DNA of 64,000 nucleotides from an uncultured archaeon (GTDB taxonomy: Archaea > Thermoplasmatota > Thermoplasmata > Thermoplasmatales > Thermoplasmataceae). The stretch spans positions 1,568,001-1,632,000 of the forward strand of contig CP009479.1 in the NCBI GenBank assembly GCA_000965745.1, in the 5' to 3' direction. Below, piece after piece: positions 20,639-31,395 of the stretch; position 1 is the stretch's first letter, and each line of letters opens with the position of its first letter. The translations under genes were made by a program, and so were the position numbers. Under the pieces are notes generated by a model. That model saw only the letters and a list, made by a program, of their open reading frames with translations, did no database searches and was not told the DNA's origin.

Positions 20639-21733
20639 CTATTCAGACAAATATTCTTCCGCTTCCTTCATGAATTCCGCATCCGGTTTTGTGTTAAAGG
20701 AGGTTACAACTTTCCCCCAGAGTGGACTTCCACCAGCGGATTCTGCAAACTCCTCGAGCATCTTCCTGTCTCTGGACATGACCACCAATGATGGTCCCGT
20801 ATCTGCAGTGTAATAGATACCCTCATTTTCCTCCCTGAATTTCTTGAGACTGTTGATCAGCTCAAGGCTAGCGGGGGTATGTATTACTGTTCCCCTGGAC
20901 ATTAGCAGTGAGTGCATCAGATACATGTCCTCTTCTGCGTGTTTCATCATGTCTTCCATGGGAAATCCCGAATCGAGCAGGTCAATTATTTTCTGGAATT
21001 TGTTGATCATCCACCTGGGGTAGAACGGTGATGAAAGTGCAATGTCATGTGCACCCTCTGTCCGAATCTCGTGAACTGCAGGAAAAGTCATGAAGCTGAA
21101 ATCTTTGAAGTCCACCGGTATATTGACCCCATGGCATCTGTCCTCCCTGATCCATGGGTATGAAAGCCAGAGGGAAAAGCCGCCCATAGCCGATCTTGTT
21201 CCGGATCCTGAGACAAGCCTCGCCAGTCTTGAGACAAAGGCATTATCTTTCACCGCCTCTTTTCCAAAGACATTGGCCGCCACAGCCCTTGCAGTAGAGG
21301 AAGCCACCGCTGCAGACTCCCCCAGCCCTTTGGCCTCGTCATAGCGCTTGATCCGCCTTATGTAGAACCTGAATGAGCCTCTTATGCCGAACAGCCCCTT
21401 GAAATAATTGACTGCCTTCCCCGCCCTGTTGATATACTTCTCACTGGTTTCGCCGTCCAGTGCCACTGAATCTATACCAGGTTCAGTCGAGTACCTGCAC
21501 GCGGTGAGCGTCCTGGAAAAGTCCGTGTTGAATGAAATAGAAGGAAAGTTTGCGATATTTACCTGTTTGTCAAAATACCCCAGGAATTTCTCAATTGCTG
21601 TAATGGGAAAGCCTTCGCCGTATGTGATTTTTCCATCTTCAAGTATGGGCTCGTATTTCTCAGGCTCCTTAAAGAGACCCTGTCCGACAAGACGGTCATA
21701 TATCTCTTCCCCTCTGTCCTTTAGCTCAACCAT
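20639..21733 (-). CDS. Thermoplasma-type mevalonate-decarboxylase homologue (bisphosphomevalonate decarboxylase or paralogue)
   Basis: EKFLGY..PSIS, KGLGESAA, ARLVSGSGTRS, YTADTGPS with the catalytic Asp. Confidence 0.8.
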   Translation of the reverse strand: MVELKDRGEEIYDRLVGQGLFKEPEKYEPILEDGKITYGEGFPITAIEKFLGYFDKQVNIANFPSISFNTDFSRTLTACRYSTEPGIDSVALDGETSEKYINRAGKAVNYFKGLFGIRGSFRFYIRRIKRYDEAKGLGESAAVASSTARAVAANVFGKEAVKDNAFVSRLARLVSGSGTRSAMGGFSLWLSYPWIREDRCHGVNIPVDFKDFSFMTFPAVHEIRTEGAHDIALSSPFYPRWMINKFQKIIDLLDSGFPMEDMMKHAEEDMYLMHSLLMSRGTVIHTPASLELINSLKKFREENEGIYYTADTGPSLVVMSRDRKMLEEFAESAGGSPLWGKVVTSFNTKPDAEFMKEAEEYLSE

Positions 21734-21739
21734 TGGAAA

Positions 21740-22354
21740 TCATCCCATTTTTTCTTTGATGTGTTTTAGTATTCTCTCACGGGTATTTAAATAATCTATG
21801 TTGTCAAATGTAGCCACGTTGAACTTTTTGCACTCCCTCAGGGAGTAGTCCATCATAACCCTGTATACGTCAAGTTGCCTGGAAAGCCTCTGCCCTGGTG
21901 ACTTGAAGTGTGTGAATTCCTGCCGTTCGTTCAATCTTTTTTCATGCAATGTTCTGTCCGAAATGAAGAGGTATACCGGAAGAATTTCGTCTAATATTTC
22001 CGAATCCAGTTGGCTGGGAACAAAGTAAAGCGATTCCACTATGAGAGGTTCCCCATTGTCAAGGCTTCTTCGCAGAATGGCTGATACCCCTCTGTTGATA
22101 ACCTCAGCCTGTGATAAAAAACCTCTTTCTATGTTTTCCCTGGTCTTCTCTCCAAACATGGACCATGACTCGTAAACACTGCTTTTCAGCACATTAAATG
22201 AATCAAAATCCGAAAATGGCCTGATAAATTCCCTAAGATAGTCTCCGGAGAGAACTATGTCTATGCCAGTGTTGCTGGCGATATATCCGGAAATGCTGCT
22301 CTTTCCTACTCCCGGTATTCCGCCAATCAGTATTGTTGGGGATTTACCCGGCAT
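21740..22354 (-). CDS. Mevalonate-3-phosphate 5-kinase (2-phosphoglycerate-kinase-like)
   Basis: LIGGIPGVGKS, LSGDYLREF; adjacent to the decarboxylase homologue. Confidence 0.8.
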   Translation of the reverse strand: MPGKSPTILIGGIPGVGKSSISGYIASNTGIDIVLSGDYLREFIRPFSDFDSFNVLKSSVYESWSMFGEKTRENIERGFLSQAEVINRGVSAILRRSLDNGEPLIVESLYFVPSQLDSEILDEILPVYLFISDRTLHEKRLNERQEFTHFKSPGQRLSRQLDVYRVMMDYSLRECKKFNVATFDNIDYLNTRERILKHIKEKMG

Positions 22355-22355
22355 C

Positions 22356-22970
22356 TCATTCAACCCCCCAAATCTTTTCAAGATCTCTTGTGTCTATAAC
22401 TTCCACTACCTGCGAGATCATGTCAAGCGACTGGAAGAATACTCTCTCAGAAAATGTGGAGGTCGCATCTGAGATCACAACGCTGTAAAAATCGTGCATT
22501 AGGGCCTCTGCAGCAGTTATGAAAACATCAACTTCAGTATAGAATCCGGCAATCATGACGGTGGTCTTGCCCATTTTCCTGATTTTCTCCGCCAATCCTG
22601 AACTGAAAAAGGCATCTTCCCTTTTCACCTCAATGGATGTGGAGTTTTTGTCCGGCAGGTATTTCTGAAATTCGTTCATGAATTTTGCATCAAGTGACGA
22701 CTTTGGGGCAGAATGTGCAGACCTGTTGAAGATCTTGCTGTCCCTGTATTCTGCCAGGTCTTCCGGGATGTCCGGGTCTTCGGCCAGATTTGCAAATATG
22801 GTCGGGATCTCGAATTTCCTGATCGCCCAGGAAAGGTAATCCATCCCCATTGTGAGTTCCATCTTGCTGAAACACTTCTCGAAGTTGTCCTCTGTGAAGT
22901 TCAGAAAAAGGATTGCGGCATGAGATGGTTCGACTATTCTTTCGATAGGGACCTTTCTCTGGAATTCCAT
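22356..22970 (-). CDS. Isochorismatase-fold protein with non-canonical catalytic residues
   Basis: K...DAF, AGFYTEVDVFITA..A..HDF..VVISDA fold motifs. Confidence 0.75.
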   Translation of the reverse strand: MEFQRKVPIERIVEPSHAAILFLNFTEDNFEKCFSKMELTMGMDYLSWAIRKFEIPTIFANLAEDPDIPEDLAEYRDSKIFNRSAHSAPKSSLDAKFMNEFQKYLPDKNSTSIEVKREDAFFSSGLAEKIRKMGKTTVMIAGFYTEVDVFITAAEALMHDFYSVVISDATSTFSERVFFQSLDMISQVVEVIDTRDLEKIWGVE

Positions 22971-23152
22971 AAGGGGTAAAGGGCAGTATTTATTTTTAAT
23001 TTAGTGCACATGGTTGCCATTTATAGGCGTAAATTCGGAGAATGCTGGGGTTGATGACTTATTATAGTCAGCGGCTCTGAAACTGGCCAATAAGCCGTTA
23101 CAACTGATATGATTGTAATTCAGAAGTTCAAGCACACGCCGTATAATTCAGC

Positions 23153-23704
23153 CTACTTGTGATATTTATCTGTTATCTCATCCATTGTAAGCCCGCTTAC
23201 AGCTGAATAATCATAATTCCTGGCATCGTATCCTTCTTCGCAAAACTCATCCTTGTGCTTGATCAGCAGCCATGCCTCCTTTCCACCAATCCCCTTTGTT
23301 CTCACGAGGGCGAAAGATCCGCGTAGTTTGCTGCCATAGAGCCGGAATTTAAGGTTCCCTTCCTCAAGGCTTCTGGCTGCAACTTCATGAGCTTCCGAGA
23401 TATCGGTGATCTCTCTTCTTACACCTTTGCTTATCTCTGTCTCCGGCCAGTACGTCCCTTCATCCCATACCATGACAGTCCCAGAACCGTACTTGCTTTC
23501 CGGTATCACTCCCTCGAAATGTCGGTAATCCATTTCGTGGTCACCGGTAACCATTGCAAGCCGTTTTACCTTGTTGTCAAGGGTGGGACCTTTGGGCACC
23601 GACCAGGAGGGCATTACTCCCCCTATTTCCAGCCTGAAGTCATAGTGCAGCGAAGTGGCTTTGTGTTTTTGGACAACAAAAACAAGTTTCTGACTCTCAC
23701 TCAA
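23153..23704 (-). CDS. Stand-alone LigD 3'-phosphoesterase (PE) domain
   Basis: FVVQKHKATSLHYDFRLE, SWSVPKGP, KRLA..TGDH, YGSG.V.VWD.G; TTG 23704 is the likely start. Confidence 0.9.
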   Translation of the reverse strand: MSESQKLVFVVQKHKATSLHYDFRLEIGGVMPSWSVPKGPTLDNKVKRLAMVTGDHEMDYRHFEGVIPESKYGSGTVMVWDEGTYWPETEISKGVRREITDISEAHEVAARSLEEGNLKFRLYGSKLRGSFALVRTKGIGGKEAWLLIKHKDEFCEEGYDARNYDYSAVSGLTMDEITDKYHK

Positions 23705-23817
23705 TGTATTTAGAAATGCAATTGAAAATATAACAGTATTCGGTTGCAAATACAACCCTGAGCTATCAGTCAATGGCTCCATTTATGGAATGGGGTTTAT
23801 TCGTTGTGGAATAGCAG

Positions 23818-25068
23818 TCAGTTCAGGTATCTGCCCCATCCGTCAGGCATCTGCCTGCCGTATTCAACCTTTTCAGCATCCAGAAATCTGGCAAAATCAT
23901 CAATGGTTATTCCAAGATGGTCGGGTATTTCGCGGTCTGATTCAAAACCCTGCTCTGCATGCACGGAATTTATCCTCAACACCTTATTCTCCTTGTCCAA
24001 TTTGGCGTCGATCCTTCCCACAAGTCTGTCTTTCCAGAGTACGGGCAGAACATATGTCCCATACTTTCTTTTTTCTTTAGGAACGAACTGTTCCAGGATA
24101 TAATCAAAATTGAACATTCTTCTGGCTCTTTCCCTTATTGTAATCAAGTTGTCGAAAGGAGACAGAAGTTTCATGGGACTATCATATTTTCCGGAATCAA
24201 TGGAATCCACCAACGGGATATCATCCGCATGAATGTACGACTGCTTCCCTCTTTTCTCGCCTTCTATTTTCACCTTAATGATTCTTGACCCCGACTCAAG
24301 ATCTTTCAGTGTGTTCTCCAAGTTCCAGTAACGACCTCTGACGAAGTACCTGACAATGTCGAAGGCAGGAGCAATGCCCAATGCCCGGATTGATTTCTGT
24401 GCAGTCTGCTGTTCCAGCTCATCCCAGTCCAGTTCATTCCTCTCTGCCCACTGAGGAAGGAATTGGTCGGTGAGTGACCACAAATTCTGGTTGCCTGCAT
24501 GCCCGGACACCATAACCTGACCCATCATATGGAGGTGGTGCAGCATTGTGGTAACCTCGTTTCCCGATGACCAGCCGTCCTCACTCTTCCTCCTGGCACC
24601 AATCCCTTTGAATTGCTTAATCTCGGCCGGACCCTCCTTGAGTTTCCTAACAACCTTTTCACTCAGCTTCCTGTGGTTTCCGATGAAATCCTCTGCATCC
24701 TTTATGTGTGACTTCCACCATCTGCCAAGTGATTTGGGGTATCCTTTCATCAGAGTGTAGAAGAGAGGGTAATCTTCAGTGAGTACAAGAACTGCGATTG
24801 GAGTCCAGTGCAGGAATGCATTCTTCTCTTCCCACATAATCTTATCCAAATCGGACCAGTTAAAGTGCCCCAATCTGCTCCAGATGGATATCAGGTGCGA
24901 TGGTGCAACTACTGTGACAGGGTCCCACTGGATGTAGGACAGATCTTTTATGAGGGCTGTAATCTGTCCTTTAAAATCGCCTTTTATTGCATCGCCGGCA
25001 AGGTGCTGTTTGGCTATGAAAAGCCTCCTTGCTTTCTCAGGAGTAAGTGTGAGGGTTTCACTATTCAT
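23818..25068 (-). CDS. YcaQ/AlkZ-like winged-helix DNA glycosylase
   Basis: IQWDP..VVAPSH...WSR, LLSPFDNL, R.YG.YVLP.L...LVGRID. Confidence 0.9.
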   Translation of the reverse strand: MNSETLTLTPEKARRLFIAKQHLAGDAIKGDFKGQITALIKDLSYIQWDPVTVVAPSHLISIWSRLGHFNWSDLDKIMWEEKNAFLHWTPIAVLVLTEDYPLFYTLMKGYPKSLGRWWKSHIKDAEDFIGNHRKLSEKVVRKLKEGPAEIKQFKGIGARRKSEDGWSSGNEVTTMLHHLHMMGQVMVSGHAGNQNLWSLTDQFLPQWAERNELDWDELEQQTAQKSIRALGIAPAFDIVRYFVRGRYWNLENTLKDLESGSRIIKVKIEGEKRGKQSYIHADDIPLVDSIDSGKYDSPMKLLSPFDNLITIRERARRMFNFDYILEQFVPKEKRKYGTYVLPVLWKDRLVGRIDAKLDKENKVLRINSVHAEQGFESDREIPDHLGITIDDFARFLDAEKVEYGRQMPDGWGRYLN

Positions 25069-25385
25069 TAGGGAGCAATCTGTTCATAATCACCTTTTAT
25101 ATATACTTACTTAATAGTAATTCAAACCTCTAACTTCTATATTGAAGCATGTGGTCGGTTGGCCTACTTGTCGACGTGATATTGTTAGCCACTCCATTCT
25201 ATACATGATTCATTTCGGCAACGGAGTTTCCAGTTGTTCTACGAAAGCGCGGCCCTTGTCGCTACCAAAGGTCCTTATCGTCCATCTCGGTAAATCTCGT
25301 GAAGATTCAACCATGACTGAATCACTCGCAAATCTAACAAGCACCGCATATGCGTAAGCTAATGTTACTGCAGTTGCCAGAGGTT

Positions 25386-26033
25386 CTACCGCGAATTCCA
25401 TCTGAAAGGTGGCAATGTGAGAGCTTTCTCGAAATCGGAACGCGAGTGTATCGGGCTGTCGGTGAAATGTGATACAATCACTCTCTCGAATGGAAGAATC
25501 AGCATTTCCCTTAGTGCCGGAATTTCTCTCTCCTTGTGCCATGGTGAGTCCCAGACTCTCAATTCTCCCCCATGTTCTGTAAGGGCGTCCCCAAACACGA
25601 TAGTTCGATGTTCCGGAAAGTATATTGGCGTTTCTGCCCGTCCTCTGGCATCATACAACGGCATAAGCCTGCCCGGAAGCTCTGTACCCGCTGTAACCGG
25701 CTTAAGGTCTGTATCTGGAACCTGGTCGCGGAAAAAGAACATTGGGCCGTAAGCTTCTACCGAATGCTGTGCAAAGAACATGTCTATGTCACGCACATGG
25801 TCGGGCATGGTGACTACAGCCATGGTTGGCGGCCTGGAATCAAGCCTATCCCAGAGTCCTATGCAATCTAGTGACGGTGCAATTGGATCAATCAATATCC
25901 TTTCACCACCTGATTCGACAAAAGTTGAGGCCACCACTTGGGGGTAATCATCATCTTTTGTCCAGAACGGATGCCTTGCACACCATATCCATAATCCGGG
26001 TAGCAATTCTTGAATGCCAACTTTTGTTTTCAC
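25386..26033 (-). CDS. Metallo-beta-lactamase-fold protein
   Basis: LIDP, T.PDHVRD, FGDAL, VSH. Confidence 0.75.
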   Translation of the reverse strand: MKTKVGIQELLPGLWIWCARHPFWTKDDDYPQVVASTFVESGGERILIDPIAPSLDCIGLWDRLDSRPPTMAVVTMPDHVRDIDMFFAQHSVEAYGPMFFFRDQVPDTDLKPVTAGTELPGRLMPLYDARGRAETPIYFPEHRTIVFGDALTEHGGELRVWDSPWHKEREIPALREMLILPFERVIVSHFTDSPIHSRSDFEKALTLPPFRWNSR

Positions 26034-26414
26034 AAGGTAATTATATCACATCAGTTATGAAATATCGTATTCAATGAAGTCAAATATTTCATTTTCCGCA
26101 ATCATAACTTGTGCCCCACCTCTCTTTCCCAAATTCTGCATCCTGAAGTTAGAAAGGGTGGATGAGGATCTAGGCCCATTCAAAGGGCTCAATTGTTTCT
26201 TGAAGGAATGGAATGAAATCTGAGTAAACTCTCTTTGTGACGTCATTAGCTGGGATTCTGCCTCAGGGCAAAAAATAACTCTACTTGTGCAATGCCACCC
26301 GAGGTTCTCACACTCTCCATTATTCGAAAATAATTATTGGATTTCAAAAATATCGTCCAATCGCATATTTGTGCCAGGGACATCGAGAATTCAGTGGATA
26401 GGTCAGGTCAGGCA

Positions 26415-27377
26415 TCACTTACCAAGCAGGAATTCCAAGTTTCTTTCTACCAACTGCTGGAAATTTTCTGGATATTCATGGGCTATTCCTGGAATTATGT
26501 CGATCCTGCAGCCTATTCCGTTGCCTTCCAACATTCTGTATAACTGCTTTGTCCCTTCTAGGCATTCCGAATCATTTTCCCCTACAATCAGGTATCCTCT
26601 TCCTTTTTCCGAACTGAAAGTCTGTACCGGGGTTTCCAGTTCAGAGGGGTTATCCAGGTAAGGCCCCATAAGAATGAATTTCTTGAATGGTATGATTTGG
26701 CCTAGGCACAATTTTGCAGCAAGTGCACCGCCCATAGAGAATCCCGCAATGATGGACTTTTCGTCATCAATGCTGTACTTTTCATGAATATACTCCAAAT
26801 GAGCCTTAATTTCAGGAATGGATATCATGAAGTCGTTCCAGACATAGGCACCTGAAAGGACCTCCTGGCTGGATTGAGGAGTCGCTACAAGCCACCCTTT
26901 ATCAGCCATGAACTTCCATTCTTCAATCGCATCCTCTGCTGATTGATTGTTTCCATGCAGGGCAATTATCAAAGGCAAGGGCTGAGATGAACCCGGGTTA
27001 TAGTCTGAAGGTTCAAGAATCTTCAACACCGGTTTACTTTTTATCCTGCATTCTTCAGCAAGATCAGAGTTCTTTTTCACTACCGCCTTGAATCTTGCAT
27101 CACCACGCAGGCTCTGAAGGTCCGGCTCTTCCTGAAGCTGTTTGGGGTCTGCCCAGTACCCGTTTTGGACTGCCTCTTCCATGAGTGCCAATGCCTCTTC
27201 CCTGTCACCCATCAGATTTTGAATGCAATAGGCATAATAGTAGAGAATCCCTTCTTTTCCGGGGTTATTGCGCAATAGCTCATTTGCTGTCGCTAAGGCT
27301 TCTCCGTATCTCTTCTGGCTGTAGAGATTCAATATCTGCTTCTCTTTTTCTTGAAATTCAGTCGATATATAAGGCAC
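26415..27377 (-). CDS. TPR-like N domain fused to alpha/beta hydrolase
   Basis: YYYAYC..DPDL.SLR.D.RF cap; ALHG, GFSMGG, G..D and HEY triad motifs. Confidence 0.8.
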   Translation of the reverse strand: MPYISTEFQEKEKQILNLYSQKRYGEALATANELLRNNPGKEGILYYYAYCIQNLMGDREEALALMEEAVQNGYWADPKQLQEEPDLQSLRGDARFKAVVKKNSDLAEECRIKSKPVLKILEPSDYNPGSSQPLPLIIALHGNNQSAEDAIEEWKFMADKGWLVATPQSSQEVLSGAYVWNDFMISIPEIKAHLEYIHEKYSIDDEKSIIAGFSMGGALAAKLCLGQIIPFKKFILMGPYLDNPSELETPVQTFSSEKGRGYLIVGENDSECLEGTKQLYRMLEGNGIGCRIDIIPGIAHEYPENFQQLVERNLEFLLGK

Positions 27378-27611
27378 CCTCTGGACTTAATTTACCTATT
27401 ATCATTAAAAGGCTTACCCCATCACTTAAGCGTCAAATCATCAGGGACTAGTCTTTGTTAGCGGGTCATTGTTAATTTATCCCATTTTGCAAGGAATAGG
27501 ATCCCGCCCAAGAGGTCCAAATCCGCTCTGACAACATTAAGGAATGTCGCCGTAAATGTTATCTCATTAACTCGCAGTGACATCCAGGATTTTGTGGATT
27601 GAGGGAGAGAG

Positions 27612-27951
27612 TTGAATCAAGGAGAAATCTGGTTAGTGAATCTTACAACAACTGTTGGTGATGAGATCACAAAAACTAGGCCTTGTGTGATTGTTAGCAG
27701 CAACGAGTTAGGAATATTGCCCTTGAAGGTAATTGCTCCAATTAGATTATGAGACGCATTATGGTTCTGTACCCTGGATCGTGGAATTGCCTCCAGACTG
27801 TGTAAATAACTTGTCCAGGAGGTCAGTGGTAGATTTATTTCAATTAAGGTCAGTTTCACAGGTGAGATTAATCCGGGAATTAGGAAAAGTGACCGACGAG
27901 GAATTTCAAAAAATCATAGAAGCTACTAAGATTATTTTTGGGATTTATTGA
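27612..27951 (+). pseudogene. Frameshifted MazF/PemK toxin, paralogue of 31907-32248
   Basis: Colinear with 31907-32248; 2-nt deletion near 27743 (APIRL* versus APITDY). Confidence 0.85.
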
Positions 27952-27993
27952 TCTATCGTTACAAACCTTGAAAAATTAACCATCTTAGGACGT

Positions 27994-28398
27994 CTATCCA
28001 ACAACCCTGAAACTGTCCCTGCTTTTGAAATCCTTATCAAATGTGGCCAATTTATCTATATGGTTACTTTCGACAACCTCTAGAATGGTGCAATCTGTGA
28101 AACTGAACTTTGTAACTTTTTGATTTCTGAACCTGTTCCAGGATGCTTCAAATGTATCGCTGCCAACATCGAGTACTGGCATCGACTCCTTGATCAAGGC
28201 CCCAGTCTTAACCGCTGAATCCAATGATTTAGAACGTACCAGAACAACAGTCACAGTCTCATCAAACACGTACTCTGATGTGATTGCAGGACCATGTTTT
28301 CCACTTACTATCTCCTCCATTATCGAAACGGCATTTTCATGATTGGAGTCCTTGTCAACAATAAATGCAACCAGCACACTTGTATCGAGGAAGATCAA
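27994..28398 (-). CDS. vapC: VapC PIN-domain toxin
   Basis: IFLDTS, VFDETV, SFTDC, TFDKDF. Confidence 0.92.
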   Translation of the reverse strand: MIFLDTSVLVAFIVDKDSNHENAVSIMEEIVSGKHGPAITSEYVFDETVTVVLVRSKSLDSAVKTGALIKESMPVLDVGSDTFEASWNRFRNQKVTKFSFTDCTILEVVESNHIDKLATFDKDFKSRDSFRVVG

Positions 28399-28670
28399 GC
28401 AGACTCACCGTAAAGGGTCTCATCAACTTCTTCACTCCATCTTACTGCCTTCTCGGTCTTGACTATTCCATTCAGGCTCAATATTCTCTCAATATGTGGC
28501 TTTCCCCGTTCTTCCAGTTTATCTAGCCATTCAGCCATTGCCTGATTGAGTGCATCTCCAACATTCCTATGCTCTTCTAAGGCTCTTTCCTTGAATTTAT
28601 TGTAAATGGCTTTGTTGATCTTTCTAACAACAAGGACATCACTTTCCCCTTTCCTTTTCCCATCATGCAT
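28395..28670 (-). CDS. Putative VapB antitoxin (RHH-like)
   Basis: Small ORF overlapping the vapC start; ends in EEVDETLYG; tandem ATGTATAAC repeat at 28671-28689. Confidence 0.75.
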   Translation of the reverse strand: MHDGKRKGESDVLVVRKINKAIYNKFKERALEEHRNVGDALNQAMAEWLDKLEERGKPHIERILSLNGIVKTEKAVRWSEEVDETLYGESA

Positions 28671-29054
28671 ATGTATAACATGTATAACAGAATATAATAC
28701 TTTATCTAATGCTTATAACCACGAGGACCATTTGACCTGCTATGCTATTCATTAAGATTTGAAATACAAACTATGAGCATTCTCAATGAGCTTTGGCCCC
28801 ATCGTGATCCATTTCTTCCTTATTTCTTTCCTTATGGCTGTCTGTTCCTGCGTTTAAATTTTAGGCTGTAACTTTGCTGTAAATAATAATTCACAATTGA
28901 TATTTAAACCGTTATTTTTTAACGCTGGACGGAGATCAAATATGTCTGCATTCCAAATACTGTGGACATAGTAACGTTGGTGGGTATGTAGGCGAAGAAT
29001 TTCGCATTGCCGCCGAAGGGGAAAGATGAATAGTACGTGCACTCTCATTTAATT

Positions 29055-29447
29055 ATGAGGAAAATGAATCTTAAGGGAATGAGAAAGAGGGATTACGCAT
29101 TTCTTGGAACATGGGCATTTTATCTCTACACTTTCAGCGTATTCTTCAACTCATGGGCCTATGGCGGTTCACCACCGTCCTACTTCGTAGGCAGATACTA
29201 CCTATTGTTTTACCCGACCTACATGGGCTATGACAGAACTGTTACTGATCCCGGGCCTTCGTTCTATCATTTGCTGCCAGCCACCATGCCCTATTACGAG
29301 AAGATATTGGTCAACTTCGAATGGAACTTATTGCATAACCCACTGGTCATACACATATTATCCATCTTAGTTGTGGCGTTTGGTGCCTATATATTTGTAA
29401 GCCTTGCCATGCAGAAAAGAAGAGTAGCTCCTGCTTCCATTAGCTGA
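29055..29447 (+). CDS. Hypothetical two-TM membrane protein
   Basis: Two hydrophobic segments; start uncertain. Confidence 0.5.
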   Translation: MRKMNLKGMRKRDYAFLGTWAFYLYTFSVFFNSWAYGGSPPSYFVGRYYLLFYPTYMGYDRTVTDPGPSFYHLLPATMPYYEKILVNFEWNLLHNPLVIHILSILVVAFGAYIFVSLAMQKRRVAPASIS

Positions 29448-30088
29448 TACTTATGCTTTTTGAATTAGGCAGATTGGGACGAAACATCCATTTAAATTTG
29501 TCTTTAAACGTTATTTACCGTTATTTACGATTATTCACTGAAAAATTTACTTCCAAAGGTAAACCAAGTTTCTCCCACAGTACAAATTTAGTGAAGGATA
29601 CATTCACCACATTCATCGAAAATTCAGTATGTTTCATATATCACAGGAAGCTCTGAAAGACGATAAAGATGCCCATTGAAGATATACAAGGAGTCACACG
29701 TTCAGGAATGCAGGAGGGCGTTCATTTATTTGATTTCAGGAGAACTATTTTATTTTGGGTTCACAAAAAACATAGATGCTATAGTTTTCTACTTTTTCGA
29801 TAGTGATCCTGTTTAACAGAGGTTCGTAAAGCCGTATGATATATCAAACGAGACTTAATATAGAAATAGGAATATTTACATGTATTGTCCCGTAAAAAAG
29901 TTCATAACGTCAAAGAATTTATGGGCGAGGATTGCGCAAGCGAGACTTACGTAAAGGAATATAAAAAATCAATTAGCTTTGTGAGACCTCGTTATTTTGA
30001 CAGACTACTGTCTTTTGTTGTGAATACTTTCTTCATATTTTCCATAATATCTGTGGTACTTTCCCATTCTTTTGAACGAGGCACTATT

Positions 30089-30319
30089 TCATCCTTCCTT
30101 TCTGATTCTCCTGATCTTTATCATATAAAATAGGCCAGTGAAGCCTATGAACATAAGAACATAGAAAATAATAGCGCCCTCTAATGGGGCATCTCTGTGC
30201 AAGTACTCTGCCGCATAGTAAACAACTATTGCAAGAGGTACAGATACTATCCCGCCAAATATGAAACCCAAATAACCAAGCCTTATACTTTTTCTATGAG
30301 GGGCATCGCTATCTGTCAT
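30089..30319 (-). CDS. Small two-TM membrane protein
   Basis: Two TM helices and a basic tail. Confidence 0.55.
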   Translation of the reverse strand: MTDSDAPHRKSIRLGYLGFIFGGIVSVPLAIVVYYAAEYLHRDAPLEGAIIFYVLMFIGFTGLFYMIKIRRIRKEG

Positions 30320-30521
30320 CGAAATAGTTATTATTATAGATATTTAAAATATGGCTTCTTTCTTGCTCTGTTTAACAATTCTTCCAATTGCCTGCCTGTA
30401 ACCGGATTATCTCCCATTTTCCTGTTTTTTCTGATCAGTTCATTGCTTTAACCACCTTTTTCGCTCCCTGATTAATATAGTCATATATCCAGAGCCTCTG
30501 GTACCCCTCCGTCTCCAGGCC

Positions 30522-30939
30522 TTGCATAAAGAGTTCATGAAAGATACCCTGAACACATTACTCAGAAAATACACCAGATATCCGCTGATGATCATCGATG
30601 AGATTGGTTGTCTGCCGCTGAATCGCGAAGAGTCGAATCTCCTGTTCCAGCTTGTCTCGTACAGGTATGAAAAGTGCTCAACAATATTCACCTCAAACAA
30701 GTCCTTCTATGAGTGGGGTGAGGTCATGGGTGACCAGGTCATGGCATCAGCCATCCTGGACAGGATACTGCATCACTGCACAGTGCTGAACATCAAGGGT
30801 GAGTCATACAAAGGCTCAAGGACCGGAGGAAGGGCAATCCTCCGCTGAATAAGGAGAAGTGAAAGGAAAATGGAAAGCATAAATATGGGTGGACAGATTT
30901 CGTTTGCCGATTTTGGACAATTTTCAGTTGGCGTTTACA
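30522..30939 (+). mobile_element. istB: IS21-family remnant: istB C-terminal fragment and right end
   Basis: LMIIDEIG, LFQLVSYRYE, TSNK...W, AILDRILHH, GESY; repeated tggaca..tt terminal motifs ending in TACA at 30939. Confidence 0.85.
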
Positions 30940-31259
30940 AGTTGTCACCAAAAGCCCAAAAAAATTACTGTTTATCGAAATGCTTGCTCAGGTTGGCAAT
31001 TCTCGATTTAAGCCAAATGTAGTCCTTGTTCTCAATGCAACCTGCATCTTCAAGCTTATGTGCCATGGTAATCAGTTGAGGCTCAATATCGTTCCATGAC
31101 TTTCTAATCTCCTGTTTTACTTTCTGCTGCTCTTACGTTTCCTTTGTTACAGGCTTTTCCTTTGCCATAAAAGATAATTTACAATCGATATATAAACCAT
31201 TATTTCACTGGGTTGGACAAATTATCGAGAAGTTCGCATAATAATTTGCTTCCCAATTT

Positions 31260-31286
31260 GTATTACACGTATTACATGTATTACAA
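31260..31286. repeat. Three tandem GTATTACA(N) repeats with 9-bp period
   Basis: gtattacac gtattacat gtattacaa. Confidence 0.8.
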
Positions 31287-31395
31287 CAAAAATATACTTG
31301 AAGGGTTAACCCAAGATTCTCCTAATTAAATTTCTAAGAGAAAGATACTCTTCCTCAACTCGACCTATTTTGAATACTTTTAATATACTCCCCCT

